Positions 45,669-55,985 of a stretch of DNA of 64,000 bases are shown here, in pieces. The notes under the pieces are model-generated. The model did no database searches. It worked only from the letters and a program-made list of their open reading frames with translations, and was not told where the DNA came from. How positions within the stretch are numbered: position 1 is the stretch's first letter; each line of letters starts with the position of its first letter. The DNA comes from Candidatus Aenigmatarchaeota archaeon (GTDB taxonomy: Archaea; Aenigmatarchaeota; Aenigmatarchaeia; CG10238-14; SCSR01). Location: NCBI GenBank assembly GCA_018304615.1, contig JAGVVV010000008.1, positions 25,741 to 89,740 of the forward strand, read 5' to 3'. A program made the position numbers and the translations under genes.

Positions 45669-46978
45669 AAAAGTTAATTGCAATTTTCACAATTCTGATG
45701 TTGGTTGCTTCTCCAGTTTTATCCTCGGCGCAAACAAATACCAAGCCTTATGGTACTGCATTTTATTGGCATGCTAATGATTATTACAATGTCGAGTTGG
45801 GCGGGAATGGCAATGCATTCGTCGTCGCTACTATGAACATAGAGAGCCTTTCTGACAAGAACGTCACATCATTGGTCTTGGAAATTCCTAACTACAATGT
45901 CCAGATATACAAACTCGTCCAGCAAGGTGGTTACTACTATCCGTGCCAGATAAAGCCTTGCCCTCTTGGAGAACCCAATTATCCAATCTACTACGAGCCG
46001 CAGTTTCTGAATTACACGATTGAGAATCTTGCAGAGTCGACTGTGCTGAAAAGCGATCTTGCATATCCACTGATGCCAACCCAGCAGAACACGATCTATC
46101 TTGTTTACTCCACACCGAGGATTGCAAAACAGACTTTCCAAGGTTATGAATTCACTTTCAAGACAGTCCAAGATCCGAAGGCATTGATCAGATATGTTTC
46201 TGCGAGCGTTTCTGTTCCTCAGGACATGGAACTGAAGGGAAAACCGAAGTTCGACATAAACTACAAGTCTTCTGACATCCTCGCGGCCATATCAAAGGGG
46301 AGCGCGCAAGAACTGGTGAATTCGGTAGCTTCGATAAGAGCACCTTATCCGCCTTATTATGGTGGAGACCAGTATTCGGCGCAGAATCTTCTCCCAGGAG
46401 AATCATTCACTGTCAAAGGACTCTACGGTAGTAACTTCTGGTTGCTGTACATCCAAGAAATCGTGTGGGGACTTGTGGGAATTGCAGTATTCCTTTTCGT
46501 CTTCTACTTCTTCCTGATAAGAAGGATAAGAAAAGTTTTCCAGAGGAGATATGAGGGTGGAGAAGTCAGAAGAAAGATCAACTTCTCATTAGGAAGAGCG
46601 TTGGTTGTTGGAGTGGTATCTGGATTTCTTTTTGTCGTAGCTTACTTCGGGATGACATACCTCTCAGGATTGTTCAACACAGGATATTATTATAACCAGC
46701 CGCCGACAACAATTTTGTTCTTCCTCCTGAATGCTGCAGTTCTCGTACTCTCCCTATTCGGACTTCCATACTGGCTGGGAAGAAGGAACAGGTCTGAAGG
46801 AATCGTCTCCGGAATAATTTCGATATTCGCTGCGTTGTTTTTGCTAGTGATAATTTCTATCATGTTCCCAACTCAACCGCCGATAATCTACTATGCCAAG
46901 GGTCTTCTGGAAAGTTTCGGATCTTCCGCAGGCAGTGCAGGAACAGTAACTCCTCAAACTACAGGAAATCCTTACTGA
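45665..46978 (+). CDS. secreted/membrane protein (signal peptide, C-terminal TM helices)
   Basis: 437 aa. Confidence 0.5.
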   Translation: MKKLIAIFTILMLVASPVLSSAQTNTKPYGTAFYWHANDYYNVELGGNGNAFVVATMNIESLSDKNVTSLVLEIPNYNVQIYKLVQQGGYYYPCQIKPCPLGEPNYPIYYEPQFLNYTIENLAESTVLKSDLAYPLMPTQQNTIYLVYSTPRIAKQTFQGYEFTFKTVQDPKALIRYVSASVSVPQDMELKGKPKFDINYKSSDILAAISKGSAQELVNSVASIRAPYPPYYGGDQYSAQNLLPGESFTVKGLYGSNFWLLYIQEIVWGLVGIAVFLFVFYFFLIRRIRKVFQRRYEGGEVRRKINFSLGRALVVGVVSGFLFVVAYFGMTYLSGLFNTGYYYNQPPTTILFFLLNAAVLVLSLFGLPYWLGRRNRSEGIVSGIISIFAALFLLVIISIMFPTQPPIIYYAKGLLESFGSSAGSAGTVTPQTTGNPY

Positions 46979-47041
46979 ACTCTTTTGAGAAGAGCTTTAA
47001 TTTGCTTCTAATTATAAAATTAACTAGAGGGACATGCTTAA

Positions 47042-49741
47042 ATGAAAAAATCCAAATTTGCGAAGATTGAAAAAAAATGGCAGCAGAAGTGGGAAAAAGG
47101 GAAAATATTTGAGTCGAATATTTCTAAGAAGCCAAAATTCTTTCTTACTATTCCTTATCCTTATGTCAACGGAGGTCCGCATGTCGGACACAGTTTTACC
47201 AATTTCAGAGGAGATGTTTATGCTAGATTCAAGAGGATGAACGGATTCAATGTCCTCTATCCTCAGGGATTTCATGCAACAGGACAACCGATTGTCGGAG
47301 CTATTGAAAGGTTGGACAAAAAAGATCCTGTCCAGATTTCAACTTTCAAACTGTTCGGGGCTTCTGATTCTGACATAAAAAATTTCATAAAGCACGGACC
47401 TGAGTTCACTGCAAAGTATTGGATGAAAAAATGGATCCAGACATTGAAGAAAGGTGGATTCTCGATTGATTGGAGAAGATCTTTCATCACTACAACTATG
47501 ACTCCAACTTATTCCAGATTCGTCGAATGGCAGTACAACACACTGAAGAAGAAAGGTTTTGTCGTCCAAGGAACTCATCCGGTCATCTGGTGTCCTCACG
47601 ACCAGTCGCCTACAGGAGATCATGACAGGTTGGAAGGTGAAGGAGAGAGCACGATTGAATATACAATTTTGAAATTCAGGCTGGATTCTGGCGAGGTTCT
47701 TCCATGCGGAACTCTCAGGCCTGAGACTGTATACGGAGCGACAAACCTGTGGGTGAATCCAGAAGTTGAGTATGTGAAAGCGAACGTGGGCAAGGAAACA
47801 TGGATTATCAGCAAACAGGCTGCTGGGAAGTTGGCAGACCAGTTGAAAAAGGTAAAGATAATCGGAAAAGTCAGGGGATATGAGTTGATGGGAAAGCAGG
47901 TGACAAATCCTGTGACTAGGAATAAGATAATGGTTTTGCCTGCAAGTTATGTGGATCCGGAAGCTGCGACAGGAATAGTAGTGTCGGTTCCTGCTCATGC
48001 TCCATACGACTGGGTTGGGTTGAGAGATCTCCAGCAGAATCCTGACCAGATAAAGAAATATGGATTGAACCTGGATTTGGTCTTGAAGATAAAACCTATT
48101 TCCCTGATAAAAGTTCCGGGTTTCGGAGAATTCCCAGCTGTCGAGTTAGTGGAGAAGATGAGGATAACAGACCAGAAGGATAAGATGAGGCTGGAAAAGG
48201 CGACTTCTGAACTTTACAAGGCAGAATTCCACAAGGGTGTTCTGAATAATCTGTATGAAAATTATGCAGGCAAGAGAATTTCTGAAATCAAAGAAGTTCT
48301 GATTGAAGAATTCAAAAAAATGAATGCGATAGATTCCATTTGGGAGTCTACAGGAAGGGTAGTCTGCAGATGCATGACAGTCTGTCATGTGAAGATTCTA
48401 GAAAATCAGTGGTTCCTGAAATATTCTGATCCTGAGTGGAAGAGATTGACGAAAGAATGCATTTCTCAGATGAAGTTCTATCCAGAAGAAGTCAGATCAC
48501 AGTTCTTGAACACAGTTGACTGGTTGAAGGACAAGGCATGCACAAGAAAAGGTGGTCTCGGGACACCGCTTCCTTGGGACAGGCAGTGGATTGTAGAGAC
48601 TCTCAGTGATTCGACTATTTACATGGCTTATTACACTCTTGCAAAATTGATAGATCAAAAGAACATTCCATCAAAGAAATTGACTGACGAAGTTTTCGAT
48701 TACATTTTCTCTGGAAGAGGAAACCCGATAATGATTAGCAAAAATTCCAAGTTGAGTAAGGAAGTTTTAAAAAAATTGAGAAGGGAGTTTGATTATTTCT
48801 ATCCTGTGGATTTGAGGAATTCTGGAAAAGACCTTGTCCAGCACCACCTCACTTTTTTCATCTTCCACCATGTCGCACTGTTCGACAAAAAGTACTGGCC
48901 CAAGTCGATTGGGGTGAATGGGTTTGTGAATGTTTCAGGGACTAAGATGAGCAAGTCAAAGGGGAACATCACTCCTATGGATGAGTTGATTGAAAAAGTC
49001 GGCGCTGATTTGGTAAGAATAAATGTAGTAGCTGATGCCGAAGGAATGAACGATGCCAATTGGAGAGACGAGAGCCTTTCAGGGTATGAATCCAGAATCT
49101 TATTTTTGATGAAACTTGCGAAAGATTTGAAAAAAACAAGAAGGACTTCTATTCAAATGGTTGACAAATTCTTGTTAAGCAGGATAAATGAGATGATAAA
49201 ATCCTCGGCAGGAAATTACGAGTTGATGAAGTTCAGGTCTGCTTCTCAGTTTTCTTTCTTCGACTCTGTGAACGAACTGAAATGGTATCTGGAGAGGGTT
49301 GGTGGAATCAAGAATGCGAACAGGAAAATTTTGACTGAAGCGATATCGATTGTAATTAGATTGGTAGCTCCTTTGCTTCCTCACTTGGCAGAAGAGATGA
49401 ATCAAATTATCGGCGGAAAAAAACTTGTCTCAATCTCAGATTGGCCGAAAATGGATGAGAAGAAGAGTGACAGGAAGATAATGGAGATGGAGAATGTTCT
49501 GAAGAAAACCATAGACGACATAACGAACGTTCTGAAGCTTGCAGGGAAAAAAGAAAAACTGTATCTTTACTTTGCAACAGACAAGGAGCTGGAATACTTC
49601 AACCAATCGGTGGATTTCATAAAGAAAAGATTCAAGTTTAAGAAAGTCTCGACATTCAGAAATGACGACGAGAAAAAATACGACCCGCAGAACAAATCTT
49701 CAAAGGCGAAGTTCGGAAAGCCTGGGATATTCTTAGAGTGA
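47042..49741 (+). CDS. leuS: leucyl-tRNA synthetase
   Basis: HIGH = HVGH, KMSKS present, 899 aa. Confidence 0.9.
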   Translation: MKKSKFAKIEKKWQQKWEKGKIFESNISKKPKFFLTIPYPYVNGGPHVGHSFTNFRGDVYARFKRMNGFNVLYPQGFHATGQPIVGAIERLDKKDPVQISTFKLFGASDSDIKNFIKHGPEFTAKYWMKKWIQTLKKGGFSIDWRRSFITTTMTPTYSRFVEWQYNTLKKKGFVVQGTHPVIWCPHDQSPTGDHDRLEGEGESTIEYTILKFRLDSGEVLPCGTLRPETVYGATNLWVNPEVEYVKANVGKETWIISKQAAGKLADQLKKVKIIGKVRGYELMGKQVTNPVTRNKIMVLPASYVDPEAATGIVVSVPAHAPYDWVGLRDLQQNPDQIKKYGLNLDLVLKIKPISLIKVPGFGEFPAVELVEKMRITDQKDKMRLEKATSELYKAEFHKGVLNNLYENYAGKRISEIKEVLIEEFKKMNAIDSIWESTGRVVCRCMTVCHVKILENQWFLKYSDPEWKRLTKECISQMKFYPEEVRSQFLNTVDWLKDKACTRKGGLGTPLPWDRQWIVETLSDSTIYMAYYTLAKLIDQKNIPSKKLTDEVFDYIFSGRGNPIMISKNSKLSKEVLKKLRREFDYFYPVDLRNSGKDLVQHHLTFFIFHHVALFDKKYWPKSIGVNGFVNVSGTKMSKSKGNITPMDELIEKVGADLVRINVVADAEGMNDANWRDESLSGYESRILFLMKLAKDLKKTRRTSIQMVDKFLLSRINEMIKSSAGNYELMKFRSASQFSFFDSVNELKWYLERVGGIKNANRKILTEAISIVIRLVAPLLPHLAEEMNQIIGGKKLVSISDWPKMDEKKSDRKIMEMENVLKKTIDDITNVLKLAGKKEKLYLYFATDKELEYFNQSVDFIKKRFKFKKVSTFRNDDEKKYDPQNKSSKAKFGKPGIFLE

Positions 49742-49752
49742 TTAGTGATTGG

Positions 49753-49793
49753 TGCTCCCACCGAGCATTTTACTCCAGTGTAAAAAGGAGCAT
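49753..49793 (+). repeat. ~41-nt repeat R1 (TGCTCCCACCGAGCATT..GGAGCAT), core matches tRNA 3' end
   Basis: Imperfect copies at 52062-52105 and 52819-52859; 13-nt core TGCTCCCACCG(A/G)G shared with tRNA 3' fragment at 53228. Confidence 0.6.
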
Positions 49794-49841
49794 AGAAGCT
49801 TATTAATATCTAATTATTTATGATAAATTGGAGTTCAATAT

Positions 49842-50915
49842 ATGTTAAATCAAATTTCAGAACCTCTAACTAGACTAGAAAGCATAATTAATGAATTAGA
49901 GTACATGTGGTATCCAAGGAGTCGTCAAGTCCTAGAATATCGTCCTAGAATAGAACCAAGAGTTACTGAATTGGAAATTGAGGCTACAGATTTATACAGA
50001 AAAATTCTACCTGTTGCTCATGAAATATATACCAGTTTTCCCAAACCTAAGCAAGTAAGGACAAGTAGGCAAATGGAATTGGAAAGTGTGAAAAACATGA
50101 GTGGAGCAAGTTCACATGAAGCTGGTCTGCTTGCAGATTTTGTGCGCACTGGTATACCCAAATATTTTGCCACAGAACCTAAAATGTCATTCGAAGACCT
50201 GGAAGCTGCCACAAGGGGTTTTAGGTCTATCGTTGATGAAAGTGCGAATCCAGATATGACAGACCCATACTGGGAAAGGATAAAGGGTGCTATTCTCATC
50301 GAACCTCACTGGGTTTATGATGTCCCGATGGTACTGGAAAAGGAGAACGGTCTTGGTGAATTTAAAGATTATAGAGTTCCAGAATATCAGTCTCTCGCAT
50401 ATAGCAGATTTTTCCAAAGATACTATAAAAAGCTTGTTCATAGCAATCGAGCTAGAGATAAATTCGTTAGAAACGTCCTCGAAAATCTACCTGAACCAAT
50501 TAGTATAGCTTTATCTGGTGGATTTGTCAAGGAGAGAACTAAGAAATTAGGATATATTCTAAAAAGTTTAGTTGGTGAAAAAGTGATTTTCTTTCCATTA
50601 AAAACTGTTGATCAGTTGGCTTCACTTGAGGAGGAAGAATATAAAGTTCACTGGACGTCGGTACCATTAGAGTTTCCAGTTCACAAATGGACACGAAGTA
50701 TAGGTATAAGTAGCCATCGTGGTGAAGTTGAAACGAAAAAAGTTATTGGAAAAATAAATGCAGAAGAGTTTAATCCATTTTCCCAGGATGACGCAAATCA
50801 TGTAACTCTGTTTTTCAAGGAAAATATCTTCCCTACAACAACGGCGTTTTGGGATAGTCTTATCAATTGGGGACCTGGAATTTTTTATTATTTGATATAT
50901 AAAGAGGCAGAGTAA
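49842..50915 (+). CDS. hypothetical protein
   Basis: 357 aa, no recognisable motif. Confidence 0.5.
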   Translation: MLNQISEPLTRLESIINELEYMWYPRSRQVLEYRPRIEPRVTELEIEATDLYRKILPVAHEIYTSFPKPKQVRTSRQMELESVKNMSGASSHEAGLLADFVRTGIPKYFATEPKMSFEDLEAATRGFRSIVDESANPDMTDPYWERIKGAILIEPHWVYDVPMVLEKENGLGEFKDYRVPEYQSLAYSRFFQRYYKKLVHSNRARDKFVRNVLENLPEPISIALSGGFVKERTKKLGYILKSLVGEKVIFFPLKTVDQLASLEEEEYKVHWTSVPLEFPVHKWTRSIGISSHRGEVETKKVIGKINAEEFNPFSQDDANHVTLFFKENIFPTTTAFWDSLINWGPGIFYYLIYKEAE

Positions 50916-51074
50916 TTATATTTCTCGAATATATCATTATTTCAATCTATCAGTGAGCTTAACAAGAATCGAATCTGCCTCTTGAAACTTTATACCATTT
51001 TATAATCTGAAAGGTAAGATTGATAACTTCAAGTTCATAGCAAAAATTTAAATCTATTATGTTATTACTTTTGT

Positions 51075-52055
51075 ATGGAATTTCATTTAGACCTAACTTA
51101 CCATCCAGAATCAGAAGGATTGTCATATCTTTATACTGATCCATTTTTTATTCCAATTTGGAAAAATGTCCCTTTATCTGATGTTGTGCTATTTGAAGGT
51201 GCTCCCAGAACTGACATAACCTATGAAAATTCGAGAGGTATTCTTGAACAAAATAGAATGTTGATGAGTAAATACAGATCAACATACCTTAAAGATCCAA
51301 TGTTATTTGCTAAATTAGAAAAAAGTCCACCTAAAAATGCGGATTTCTTACAATTAAAAATTTTCACAAAAAGTAGAGCTAAATTATTTTTGACTGAATC
51401 AGAATTATACGATAAAGAAACATATGAAATTATAAGAAGTATACATTCAGAAGTTGAAAGATTAAACTATATTCCATATCTTAAAAGAGGTGAATTAATC
51501 ACTGCTAGAGAAATATTACAAAAATCGCATACTCTTGATATCCAGCTTGCCAAAAAAAGAGATCCAATAATAGCATCATCACTTATTGAATTAATGAAAA
51601 AATTTGAATTGAAAAATGGTTATCTTTTATTTGGTTACTCACATGTAGGGTTATCTAAGCATCTTGAAATACCAGAAGAAAGAGTTAGGAAACTTGAACT
51701 AGGTATTCTTCCCCCTGATTATTTGAGAAGATTCCAGGAAGATGGGTATACTCTTAGCGATGATGATGCTAGACGTTTCTTATTGATAGATTTGCTTGAA
51801 CAGACTGTAGATGGCAATTATTTTGCCCGTTCGAAAAAAATAGCAGATTTAATTTATTTTCTTAATCCAGAAAATTTGGAAGAATTAGAAGATTTATCAC
51901 AACAAGAAATAGAATCAATTCACAAACCATTAATTGAAGAAGGCGAATTAAGTATTTTCTCAAATGCGGAAATTAGAGAAATATTAATTAGAATCCTTTC
52001 TCAACAACTTTCAGAAAAAAATCAATCCGCTCTGATTCCTAAAGAATGGAAATAA
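51075..52055 (+). CDS. hypothetical protein
   Basis: 326 aa. Confidence 0.5.
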   Translation: MEFHLDLTYHPESEGLSYLYTDPFFIPIWKNVPLSDVVLFEGAPRTDITYENSRGILEQNRMLMSKYRSTYLKDPMLFAKLEKSPPKNADFLQLKIFTKSRAKLFLTESELYDKETYEIIRSIHSEVERLNYIPYLKRGELITAREILQKSHTLDIQLAKKRDPIIASSLIELMKKFELKNGYLLFGYSHVGLSKHLEIPEERVRKLELGILPPDYLRRFQEDGYTLSDDDARRFLLIDLLEQTVDGNYFARSKKIADLIYFLNPENLEELEDLSQQEIESIHKPLIEEGELSIFSNAEIREILIRILSQQLSEKNQSALIPKEWK

Positions 52056-52061
52056 AAGGCT

Positions 52062-52105
52062 TGCTCCCACCGAGCATTATACTAAAGTTCAAGTTTGTGA
52101 CATAG
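52062..52105 (+). repeat. repeat R2
   Basis: TGCTCCCACCGAGCATTATACTAAAGTTCAAG.. Confidence 0.55.
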
Positions 52106-52220
52106 ATTACATGCAATTCTTCAAGGAGAGCCTGAGGTCAGGAGAGATCTCCTAGATAAGGAAGAGTAGTTGAGGTGAAGTGAATATCGTTATTTAAATC
52201 TATAGGTTCAATCATTTTTC

Positions 52221-52769
52221 ATGATTATACCTGAAAATAAAGTCATACAAAATCCGAATGACCAATATCCAACAACAATTGAATTACATCATAGGACTTA
52301 TGGTTTAGTAGAAAAGGAAGATGGTCATTATAGTGCAAAAAGAATGATAGAATTTTGGAGAAGTGAGTGGGATGGTCGATCAAGAGGTTATGAAGATAGT
52401 GGTTTGGCTTTGCACATAACGGCAATTCCGCTTGGATGGCAGAAATACGGACAAATTCCAGAAGGTTGGCGTAATTCTCGTGTAAGAGGCAGATTGGAAA
52501 ATAGAATAGGAGGGGATCTTGAAGTGCCACTCAAGGTTGTTCCAATAGAAGTAAATCCTACCTATACACCCAATGAATTTAGAAGACAGATAGATACGCT
52601 TGTAGAAAAATCTAGTTCAATTCTTTCTGATACACAAATGTTTTCGTTAGAATTAAATCAGTTGCTAATTAGTGGCTGGGCTATTGTAAATGAAGAACTT
52701 TATCATCAACTTTTCGAATATGGTATTCAAAAGTCAAATGAAAAGTTAGCAACTTTGCCCCAAGTTTGA
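52221..52769 (+). CDS. hypothetical protein
   Basis: 182 aa. Confidence 0.45.
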   Translation: MIIPENKVIQNPNDQYPTTIELHHRTYGLVEKEDGHYSAKRMIEFWRSEWDGRSRGYEDSGLALHITAIPLGWQKYGQIPEGWRNSRVRGRLENRIGGDLEVPLKVVPIEVNPTYTPNEFRRQIDTLVEKSSSILSDTQMFSLELNQLLISGWAIVNEELYHQLFEYGIQKSNEKLATLPQV

Positions 52770-52818
52770 ACAAATTGAATATGTGTGTTAAAGACCCAAA
52801 AGGTTGACAAAAAACTTT

Positions 52819-52859
52819 TGCTCCCAACGAGCATCATACTTCAGTTCAAAAAGGAGCAT
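52819..52859 (+). repeat. repeat R3
   Basis: TGCTCCCAACGAGCATCATACTTCAGTTCAAAAAGGAGCAT. Confidence 0.55.
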
Positions 52860-52933
52860 TAACTTTTGGGGGATTTTATTTACAGGCATAAAAAAGTTTT
52901 ACAACCATAAATAGCTAAACAATTGTTATTTAA

Positions 52934-53194
52934 ATGGCAAAAAATATGGGTAGTACATATATAAAAAAGGTAAAAGGGCATCACTACTTTTATTTGCAAC
53001 ATTATAATGAGGGTAAGAAGGAACAAAGATGCCTCGGACCTGTAAATGATCCATTACTATGGCCAGAAGTCCGAAGAAAATACATTGAAAATCAAGATAG
53101 ACGAAGAAAAGCATTCGATAAGAAGATTGCAACAAGTCTGGGTCTCACATTAAAAGATTTTTACAAACTTGTGGAAAGTTATCAAAGAACTTGA
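52934..53194 (+). CDS. small basic hypothetical protein
   Basis: 86 aa. Confidence 0.4.
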   Translation: MAKNMGSTYIKKVKGHHYFYLQHYNEGKKEQRCLGPVNDPLLWPEVRRKYIENQDRRRKAFDKKIATSLGLTLKDFYKLVESYQRT

Positions 53195-53227
53195 TCTTAA
53201 TTCAATTTATAACTGAAAGAAAATTTC

Positions 53228-53252
53228 TGCTCCCACCGGGATTTGAATCCGA
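53228..53252 (-). pseudogene. tRNA 3' fragment (T-arm + 3' acceptor strand + discriminator only)
   Basis: TCGGA-TTCAAAT-CCCGG-TGGGAGC-A on minus strand; no complementary 5' acceptor strand; the adjacent 53257-54054 ORF occupies where the 5' part would lie. Confidence 0.5.
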
Positions 53253-53256
53253 CTGC

Positions 53257-54054
53257 TTAACCGCCGAGTACAATCTCGAAAGATTCTACAATCGCTGCCA
53301 ACGACAGGATAAGGGCTGAAATCACCATGAGCTGGAAAGTGTCCTTGAGGATGAAAGAAAATCTGGGGGATTTCTTTCTGGTGAGTGCTGCGGAGATCAG
53401 ACCTCCTGCTACTCCGGCAATGAAATAAGCGAGTATCTCAAGGCTGCCATGTGGGAAGAAGGCCAAGACCGCTAATGGAAGTCCTTTGACTCCCCCGAGA
53501 CTCTTTGCAGCCAGTCCTATTGCCGATGCAAGAATGGAAGCGTTCCACGCAAGAATAAAAATCGCTCCTGCTCCGAACAGGAAGGAGAATAAGAATGCGA
53601 GTATGAGGACTCCAAGGTTGTTTACAAGAATCTTTGTCAAAGTGTCTGGAAAAGCTATGTTTCCTCTTACCAGGCTGATCTCCTTGATCTGGTCGCTGAA
53701 TATCTTGTCTGTGAGATCACCAGGCAGGAGTATGAAAACCACAGAAAGGGTTATTATCATGCCTCCGAAGAAGGCCGAATAGATTCTCAGAATGTCCTTG
53801 TGCCTTGCAAGAATATTGGTTCCGGCAGCAAGCGCTGCTTCCTCCTCCTCCTTTTTCTCTTCGTATCTCACTGCCCTCAACATCAAGGGAGTGACTGCTA
53901 TTGTAACAAGCAGGCTCATCATCAAGCCAGAGGAAGTCTGGAAGACAACGAACGAGATGAAGAGGCAGATGACAGAAATTATCCCTCCTAGGATGAACAT
54001 CCACTGAGGTTTCTTTAAGGCTGTTTTCAATGAAATTAGCCTTTCGAGGACCAA
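53257..54054 (-). CDS. DUF95/SpoIIM-like multi-pass membrane protein
   Basis: 265 aa. Confidence 0.5.
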   Translation of the reverse strand: MVLERLISLKTALKKPQWMFILGGIISVICLFISFVVFQTSSGLMMSLLVTIAVTPLMLRAVRYEEKKEEEEAALAAGTNILARHKDILRIYSAFFGGMIITLSVVFILLPGDLTDKIFSDQIKEISLVRGNIAFPDTLTKILVNNLGVLILAFLFSFLFGAGAIFILAWNASILASAIGLAAKSLGGVKGLPLAVLAFFPHGSLEILAYFIAGVAGGLISAALTRKKSPRFSFILKDTFQLMVISALILSLAAIVESFEIVLGG

Positions 54055-54110
54055 AAGCTCACCTTTATTAAATTTAGTATACTAGAGATAAATTACTATA
54101 AGGCGAGAAT

Positions 54111-54575
54111 ATGAAAATCAAATTTTCAAGCAAGAAATTCATGTCCATATTCTTCTTGCTCATCATGGTTGGATCTACGGTATCATTCGCAGTTATCCAG
54201 TCAGTTAACTTTTTCGGGACTCCGACGACAAATCCTAACGACATACCGAAGAGCAACATTGTCAATTATGAGGTTGATCCAACTGTCCTGGATGCGATTG
54301 TCAAAGCCGGATATACGGTGATCAAATTCTACTACAGGCCCGGATGCTTGGAATGTTCGGCTCCAAAGAGTTTGGTGGAGAATCTTGCTTTGAACAACAA
54401 GAACCAGGTGTTTTTGGAAGAGTTTGAAAATGCAAACGGGACAGTGCCTCATGCTGTAATCACCAGTTACAAGGACTCCAGAGTTTTGAACAATGCGACG
54501 ACTGATCAAATCAATACTGTCCTGTGCGACTTGATGGCTTCTCCACCGGCAGAGTTGAAGTGTGCACTGAGATAA
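54111..54575 (+). CDS. secreted thioredoxin-fold protein (CxxC = CLEC)
   Basis: Signal/TM then YYRPGCLEC. Confidence 0.45.
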   Translation: MKIKFSSKKFMSIFFLLIMVGSTVSFAVIQSVNFFGTPTTNPNDIPKSNIVNYEVDPTVLDAIVKAGYTVIKFYYRPGCLECSAPKSLVENLALNNKNQVFLEEFENANGTVPHAVITSYKDSRVLNNATTDQINTVLCDLMASPPAELKCALR

Positions 54576-54584
54576 TCTTCGAAT

Positions 54585-55763
54585 TTACACTTGTGGAACT
54601 CTCGTCCGGTAATAGTTCAAAAGATCTCGAGTTACGTTCGGTCCGAATTTTTCTTTAGATTTTTCGACAACTAAAATCGGTAGAGGGCTTAATGTATGTA
54701 AAGCACGAACATAAAATTGGCGTGGATCATTCGGTTTTACATCCTCCTCTATTAAGAAAAATACGTCTGAGTTTTCGGCAAGTACTGAATCTTTTTGACC
54801 TATCACTGAAAATTGTTTCCCTTTATATCCTTTAAATTCAAGACAAGTTGGAAGAGTATGAAACCCGCCAGAGAATGAAACTGTTAATTGCATATCTCCT
54901 GCTCTTGGGGCTGGTGCGTTAGATGAATAAACTTGGTCGGATCCGCCAGAAATTGCTTTTTTAACATTTTCAAGCATTTTGAGAGCAGCATCTGCAACAT
55001 AATCACCAGGACCTTTTCCAGGAGCTTTCATAACCCAGTGTCGTTCTACAAGATCGTTCACAGCCTTTGTATAGAATTCAGAGTTACTCGCTTCATCAAC
55101 AATCTTCCCAGTAATCTCAAATTCGTGCCTTACGAAATCTCGAAAACTCTCAGGCTTTTGGTCCAAATGCAAGAGTTGGACTACGTTTTGGAATAGGCTT
55201 GCACTTGCAAGCTCAAACATGTCACCCATTCCAGTTTCTCTGAGATTTGTAGTCTCCATTGAAGGAGGATTAATGTCTGTTGATTTGTCTTCGCCTTTTA
55301 ATTCAATTAGAGTCCCAAACTCTCGAGCAAATTTTCCAACTGTAGAATCTGGAGTTGATGTTACGGCACAAATGGTGAATCTATCTCTTCCATTTTTTTC
55401 AAAATAGTTACGAAGTTCATTAGCACATTTCTGTGGAGTATATGACTCACCACTTTGTGTGTTGAACAAAACAAGTATTTTTTCACCTTTATAGCGCGTT
55501 TGGAGAACAGGTGCGACTTCTTCCATACTATACCAAGGAATATCAGGACTGTCAAGTGGAATTGTTAGTTTCTCAGGATTGCTAATGACAAGTTGTGAGA
55601 GGGCTGTATACAAAGAAAGTTTTGATCGCTTTTCAGCAGCCGGTAAAATTACTCGGTGTCCCATAAAATAACTATAAAGATTCTCAACCCCAGAAGAATT
55701 TACAGAGAGGACATTATCAGCTACTTTATTAATATAAGGGAAAGAACAAATAGACTTTGGCAT
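54585..55763 (-). CDS. hypothetical protein
   Basis: 392 aa, no confident motif. Confidence 0.5.
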   Translation of the reverse strand: MPKSICSFPYINKVADNVLSVNSSGVENLYSYFMGHRVILPAAEKRSKLSLYTALSQLVISNPEKLTIPLDSPDIPWYSMEEVAPVLQTRYKGEKILVLFNTQSGESYTPQKCANELRNYFEKNGRDRFTICAVTSTPDSTVGKFAREFGTLIELKGEDKSTDINPPSMETTNLRETGMGDMFELASASLFQNVVQLLHLDQKPESFRDFVRHEFEITGKIVDEASNSEFYTKAVNDLVERHWVMKAPGKGPGDYVADAALKMLENVKKAISGGSDQVYSSNAPAPRAGDMQLTVSFSGGFHTLPTCLEFKGYKGKQFSVIGQKDSVLAENSDVFFLIEEDVKPNDPRQFYVRALHTLSPLPILVVEKSKEKFGPNVTRDLLNYYRTRVPQV

Positions 55764-55850
55764 CTTATCTAAAACTGAATGAATTTATTTATATTTAACT
55801 TTTACATCTACCGAATAGAAAAAATAACTAGATGAAATATCTTTAAATGA

Positions 55851-55985
55851 TTACTGTTTTAAGTCTTTCTGGAATCTCTCGATGGTTTTGATCAAGTCTT
55901 TTTCTTCTACTCTAAGGACTTCTGCGGCTTTCTTCAGTATTTTCTCTTTTTCTTTCAGACTCAACCATTCTTCTTTCGAAATCAT
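55851..55985 (-). CDS. 44-aa ORF resembling the C-terminal tail of AlaRS
   Basis: MISKEEWLSLKEKEKILKKAAEVLRVEEKDLIKTIERFQKDLKQ vs AlaRS ..KGKEKILKEAAWKLNVKEDEVPEAVQKLFNDWKK; start overlaps alaS stop. Confidence 0.3.
   Translation of the reverse strand: MISKEEWLSLKEKEKILKKAAEVLRVEEKDLIKTIERFQKDLKQ

Larger units (their letters stand above)
49753..53252. mobile_element. candidate array of integrated-element remnants bounded by tRNA-3'-end-like direct repeats
   Basis: Three repeat copies plus tRNA T-arm/acceptor fragment; segments carry only hypothetical ORFs, visibly AT-richer; no integrase recognised. Confidence 0.3.

Noticed and set aside
49753-52859. CRISPR array formed by the TGCTCCCACCGAGCATT repeats
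   Set aside because: There are only three copies, they are imperfect, and their spacing is irregular (2.3 kb, 0.75 kb) with protein-coding segments between them. No cas genes are present.
53228-53300. A complete minus-strand tRNA at the GGATTCAAATCC T-loop
   Set aside because: Only the T-arm, 3' acceptor strand and discriminator are present. There is no complementary 5' acceptor strand. The would-be 5' region encodes the C-terminus of the 53257-54054 membrane protein.
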